DNA from: Candidatus Kaiserbacteria bacterium GW2011_GWA2_52_12
GTDB lineage: Bacteria; Patescibacteriota; Minisyncoccia; Phycocordibacterales; UBA2100
Reading direction: 5' to 3'
DNA length: 63,676 bases
Assembly: GCA_001004345.1 (NCBI GenBank)
Contig: LCQW01000001.1
Span: forward strand, 1-63,676
The notes below the pieces were generated by a model. That model did not search any database. It was not told the origin of the DNA and saw nothing but the letters and a program-made list of their open reading frames with translations. Of this stretch, positions 60,278-63,676 are shown piece after piece; the stretch's first letter is position 1; each line of letters begins with the position of its first letter. The position numbers and the translations under genes were made by a program.

Positions 60278-60532
60278 TTATGTATGTGCGAACTCTTGCC
60301 CCCCGTTGTGCAAAGCGTGTAGAAAGCTTTGATCAAAATAAGGAACCAGATCGAGGAACATAGCACTGAACCCCGCCGGTTCTCTTGCAATATTTTTTAT
60401 GAGAAAAGATACGGTTACACGTAAACCGCTGCCTTTACAATGAAGAATGCCCTCGCATGAAACGAAAATTATATAATCTGGGGAAAACTCTGTGGAAATG
60501 TGGATAACGGACATAATGGTCTCCTTGTCCAT
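60278..60532 (-). CDS. Hypothetical protein (84 aa) in an AT-rich stretch
   Basis: ORF only. Confidence 0.3.
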   Translation of the reverse strand: MDKETIMSVIHISTEFSPDYIIFVSCEGILHCKGSGLRVTVSFLIKNIAREPAGFSAMFLDLVPYFDQSFLHALHNGGQEFAHT

Positions 60533-60726
60533 GTCTCTAATTTGAATTAATGGCTAAGAACATGGTTATTTGAAGTTTTATTAGACGTAAAAGACATACA
60601 TAACGTTACTTCGAAACGTATTTCGATGTTTTCACGTGAACCATAGCACCAAACAACTTAACTATATTTTAAGCCACAAAAGTTGCTTCTACACAGCGAA
60701 TAGCTTTCGGTTGAATTCCGCTTATA

Positions 60727-61137
60727 ATGCTACCCGTGATAAATGACCATCAAAGAAAAGAGATCGGCCGGATCGGTGAGGAAATAGCCTCAAAGTTCCT
60801 TGAGAGGAAGGGATTTGTAATCATAGAGAGGAACTTCAGGAAACCGTGGGGAGAGATAGATATTATCGCCGAAAAAGATCGCATCGTTCGTTTTGTAGAG
60901 GTAAAGACAGTTTCACGTGAAAGCTCGTCAGACTTTTCACGTGAAATGGACTATAGACCGGAAGAGATGGTCACTAATTCCAAATTGCGCAAATTGGCTC
61001 GGACGGCCGCACTATATATGGAGCAAAAGAAGGACAAAAAGGAATATCAGATAGATGTGGTCGGTGTTATTCTTGATAAGATAAGGAGAACCGCACGGTG
61101 TCGTCTCTTTGAACAAGCAATGGAAGGCAATTTGTAA
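60727..61137 (+). CDS. yraN: YraN-family (UPF0102) endonuclease-like protein
   Basis: GRIGEEIASKFLERKGFVIIERNFR...GEIDIIAEKD..VRFVEVKT typical YraN. Confidence 0.8.
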   Translation: MLPVINDHQRKEIGRIGEEIASKFLERKGFVIIERNFRKPWGEIDIIAEKDRIVRFVEVKTVSRESSSDFSREMDYRPEEMVTNSKLRKLARTAALYMEQKKDKKEYQIDVVGVILDKIRRTARCRLFEQAMEGNL

Positions 61138-61201
61138 CGGACATTCAATAGGACAAATTATATGTCCTTTATGAATCGTGCTAATATATTCGAACAGTTG
61201 A

Positions 61202-61272
61202 CGGGGTGTCGTATACCGGTAGTACGCTTGCTTTGGGAGCAAGTAGACCCAGTTCGATTCTGGGCACCCCGA
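61202..61272 (+). tRNA. tRNA-Pro(UGG)
   Basis: Acceptor CGGGGTG/CACCCCG (C1-G72 as in bacterial tRNA-Pro); anticodon arm CTTGC-TTTGGGA-GCAAG; T-arm CCCAG-TTCGATT-CTGGG. Confidence 0.9.
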
Positions 61273-61300
61273 CAAAGTGAATCTCCAGCAGTCTGGGAGA

Positions 61301-62482
61301 CTATCTCGAAAGTTGCCCAATGTATTTGGCGATGAGGATGGGGGCGATGTTTGTATTGAAATCCGATGCGATCGTGGCGATGTCACCAGCCAAAAGTTCC
61401 GATAGAGGATGGCCGGTTTGTTTGGTGAAATCACGGTTGATGTAGCCGAGGGTAAGTGCGTGTAAGTCTCGTTGCCCTGTCGTTTGCCCTTCGCTGGTCG
61501 TGACGATAATGCCAATAAGACGGCCCCAAGCATTTGCGACGGCACCACCCGACGAGCCGCTTTGCGCCTCGATGACACCTCCGAGAGATATGAGATCGAC
61601 GGAGTTGACATCAAAGGTCAGGAGCTGTTTTATTGTTGTTCCGGAAGAAGCGGCATATACATTATCTTGCGTGCTAACAGAGAATTCAGCCGGATAACTT
61701 GCCGCTAAGACAGAATCTCCTTCGAATCCTATTGCTTCCCGTATATCTGTGAGGAGATAGGGGAGTGGTGCCGAAAGAGGAGTCCCGTCAAGAGAGCTGA
61801 CTATGCGCAATAGTGCATAATCGTGCTCGCCGGTACCGAGAGCGTGTTGTGATCTGATCTCCGCCACGTGAGCATCGACCCAGACGGGTGGAATATATAG
61901 TGTTTCAGCCTTAAATCTGACAATCGCGGGAGAGCCCATCCGAATCATGCAGGAGAGATTAACGTCAGAACTTTGTGAGAGAAGAACATATTGCGCAACG
62001 TGTGCATTGGTGAGAATGACTCCTCGCGGGTCGATGATAATGCCGCTTCCGGTAATGGAGCGCATGTCCCCGCTCCCCGCGATGCATAAAATATTAACGA
62101 GTGCCGCACGCGTCATTTCATTGACGGCGGAGAATTCAAAAGGGGAAAACGAATACGGATTTTGTATACGTGAAGCCTGATTTGTTGCAGCCTGCTCTGC
62201 GACGGGGACACTTGAAGGACGAGGAGCGGAGCGTGCCACCGGCGCTTTTTTAGCCGGAGGTTTTTTGGCAGGCGTACTCGAAGTGGCTGCCGTTGTGGTC
62301 GCAATGGGAGCAATCAGGGAGGATGTCGCCGCTCGTGTTATCTCAACCCCCGCAGTTTGGTCGATCTGATTCGTGGCCACTGGCACCGTAGCATATATTT
62401 CCGGACGGGCAGAGATAAAAAGGATGCCCCCGAGAAACACGAGTGCGGCGATATGTAAGAGTATCGCTTGAGAGCGGGACAT
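61301..62482 (-). CDS. Membrane-anchored trypsin-like serine protease (S1C/HtrA-like catalytic domain, no obvious PDZ)
   Basis: N-terminal TM; GSGIIIDPRGVILTNAHV (His), DYALLRI (Asp), AQSGSSGGAV (Ser). Confidence 0.75.
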   Translation of the reverse strand: MSRSQAILLHIAALVFLGGILFISARPEIYATVPVATNQIDQTAGVEITRAATSSLIAPIATTTAATSSTPAKKPPAKKAPVARSAPRPSSVPVAEQAATNQASRIQNPYSFSPFEFSAVNEMTRAALVNILCIAGSGDMRSITGSGIIIDPRGVILTNAHVAQYVLLSQSSDVNLSCMIRMGSPAIVRFKAETLYIPPVWVDAHVAEIRSQHALGTGEHDYALLRIVSSLDGTPLSAPLPYLLTDIREAIGFEGDSVLAASYPAEFSVSTQDNVYAASSGTTIKQLLTFDVNSVDLISLGGVIEAQSGSSGGAVANAWGRLIGIIVTTSEGQTTGQRDLHALTLGYINRDFTKQTGHPLSELLAGDIATIASDFNTNIAPILIAKYIGQLSR

Positions 62483-62610
62483 TGAACGTACGGTACCGCA
62501 TCAGTCGCGACGATACAATGCGTAGCGCGTGAAAACTTCATGTAGGCTTCATTGCGTGTCGTCAGTTTGGGACGTAGTATCGAAAGGGAAATTGGATAAG
62601 GAGAAATACC

Positions 62611-63474
62611 ATGCGAGTTCTAGCATCCCCTATGATCTGTGGCGCAATGCGCATTGAGGGGAAGTATGAGGGTCCGCGGATTGTTATATTCGCAGGAGAG
62701 CACGGCGATGAGCCGTGCGGGGCCTATGCTATCGAGAAGTTGTTCTATGATTTCTCGATGGGTGCGCGAGAGCTCTTGAAGGGCACACTCACACTCGTGC
62801 GGGCCAATGAGGTGGCGCTTGCCGAAAATAAGCGCTACGTCGTTCACAACCTCAACAGGCTCTACAAAGACACGAATGCAGAGTCGACTGACATGAGCTC
62901 ATACGAGTACCTGCGCGCGCAGGAATTAAAACCCCTGCTTCGCGAATGTAATTATTTTCTGACGCTTCACTCGGCGCCGATCGCAGACGAGCCGTTTCTT
63001 GTGGTTGAGGAGAGGCACGTGGAAGCATTTCGACCCATGGGAATTAGGAAGTTCGTCACGGGCTGGGGCGCTTTTGACGTTCTCGGCGGTGATTCGGAAG
63101 GGTATGCCAATACCTATGGCGCGGTTGCATGCACGTTGGAGGCGGGGAATCACACTGACATGACCGGTATCTCGGTAGCATACAGTGCGGTTCTCTCGAT
63201 GCTCACTCATTGGGGGATGATTGCGGACGAGCTTCCGCAGTCATCAGGCAGACCGGAGATTTTCAGAATTTACGAAGTAATCATCAAACGCGAACCGTTC
63301 AGTTGGATGGGGAGTGCACGGCGCAACTTCGATTTCATTCGACGCGGCGAGTTTGTGTGCATGAATGGCAAGGAATATCTTCAGACAGAGGAAGATGCCT
63401 ATCTTCTTATGCCGAGTCCGGCTGAAAAGCAGAGGGTGGGCGAGGAAATTGGATACCTTGCGCGTAAATTGTAA
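62611..63474 (+). CDS. Succinylglutamate desuccinylase/aspartoacylase (AstE/AspA, M14-like) family protein
   Basis: IFAGEHGDEPCG zinc-binding HxxE-type motif, and LTLHSAP. Confidence 0.65.
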   Translation: MRVLASPMICGAMRIEGKYEGPRIVIFAGEHGDEPCGAYAIEKLFYDFSMGARELLKGTLTLVRANEVALAENKRYVVHNLNRLYKDTNAESTDMSSYEYLRAQELKPLLRECNYFLTLHSAPIADEPFLVVEERHVEAFRPMGIRKFVTGWGAFDVLGGDSEGYANTYGAVACTLEAGNHTDMTGISVAYSAVLSMLTHWGMIADELPQSSGRPEIFRIYEVIIKREPFSWMGSARRNFDFIRRGEFVCMNGKEYLQTEEDAYLLMPSPAEKQRVGEEIGYLARKL

Positions 63475-63485
63475 TTCGTTCCATT

Positions 63486-63519
63486 GCTCCGGAGGTCGCT
63501 GAGGCTTCCGGAGCTTTTT
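63486..63519 (+). terminator. Rho-independent terminator
   Basis: GCTCCGGAggtcgctgaggctTCCGGAGC followed by TTTTT. Confidence 0.7.
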
Positions 63520-63612
63520 CTGCGTCAAATTTTCGTGTACAGTTACTCAAAACCCACCATCGCGGATTCGTTCAACGGGCATTGCCCGCCGAAGCCCGCT
63601 GTGGCGGGCGAG

Positions 63613-63676
63613 GGCGGGATTAGTTTAATGGCAAAATAACAGTTTTCCAAACTGTGGTCGGGGGTCCGATTCCCCC
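63613..63676 (+). tRNA. tRNA-Gly(UCC), 3' end cut by the window edge
   Basis: Acceptor 5' GCGGGAT; anticodon arm ACAGT-TTTCCAA-ACTGT; T-arm GGGGG-TCCGATT-CCCCC reaches the last base of the window. Confidence 0.8.

Noticed and set aside
60631-60950. Three copies of TTTCACGTGAA
   Set aside because: Two copies lie inside yraN and encode a short internal peptide duplication (..SRE..). The third is a single intergenic 11-mer. This is chance-level and not a convincing regulatory repeat.
61012-61614. 200-aa minus-strand ORF
   Set aside because: It overlaps tRNA-Pro and the 3' ends of yraN and the protease gene. It has no motifs.

Overview
The window reads as a contiguous piece of a small-genome, Patescibacteria/CPR-like bacterium. 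It uses the standard code (UGA is a stop in rplP) and has mixed Shine-Dalgarno and apparently leaderless gene starts. Its backbone is the S10-spc ribosomal-protein superoperon: rpsJ, then rplC through rplO, secY, adk and map. There is no L30 gene, and several r-proteins carry basic or low-complexity tails. This backbone is broken in four places by inserted genes.

The largest break is an 18.4-kb island between rpsJ and rplC. It carries three blocks:
- A hyuA/hyuB (hydantoinase/oxoprolinase) operon with an ABC importer whose permease and ATPase are fused.
- The most interesting locus: a TOMM-type RiPP cluster. It contains YcaO, a SagB-type dehydrogenase, two PaaK/CapK-like adenylate-forming enzymes and a small secreted protein, plus a separate PP-loop ATPase pair. 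It faces, divergently, a 92-aa precursor-like ORF with a signal-anchor-like N-terminus. The last 35 residues of that ORF hold 10 Cys in a 12-bp tandem-repeat-encoded (D-C-A-S)n core.
- A block of secreted or membrane proteins.

The other three interruptions are an ABC exporter between rplB and rpsS, a reverse-strand membrane protein between rplE and rpsZ, and a reverse-strand CMP-kinase-like gene between secY and adk.

The rest of the window holds housekeeping genes (purD, ndk, a beta-CASP RNase, infC-rpmI-rplT, smpB, ftsH, proline dehydrogenase). It also holds a 938-aa VirD4/TraD-like ATPase, a MazEF-like TA cassette bracketed by direct repeats, and a divergent pair of secreted M15-like peptidases. 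Further features are a PG-binding/PKD/cupredoxin fusion protein and an IS4-superfamily (IS1634-like) insertion sequence that truncates a gene 3 nt from tRNA-Gly. RNA genes are a tmRNA, tRNA-Ile(UAU), tRNA-Gly(GCC), tRNA-Pro(UGG), a partial tRNA-Gly(UCC) and a candidate tRNA-Cys with an aberrant T-loop. Several structured or repeated intergenic elements are also reported.

All functional calls rest on motif recognition by eye. No database search was run.
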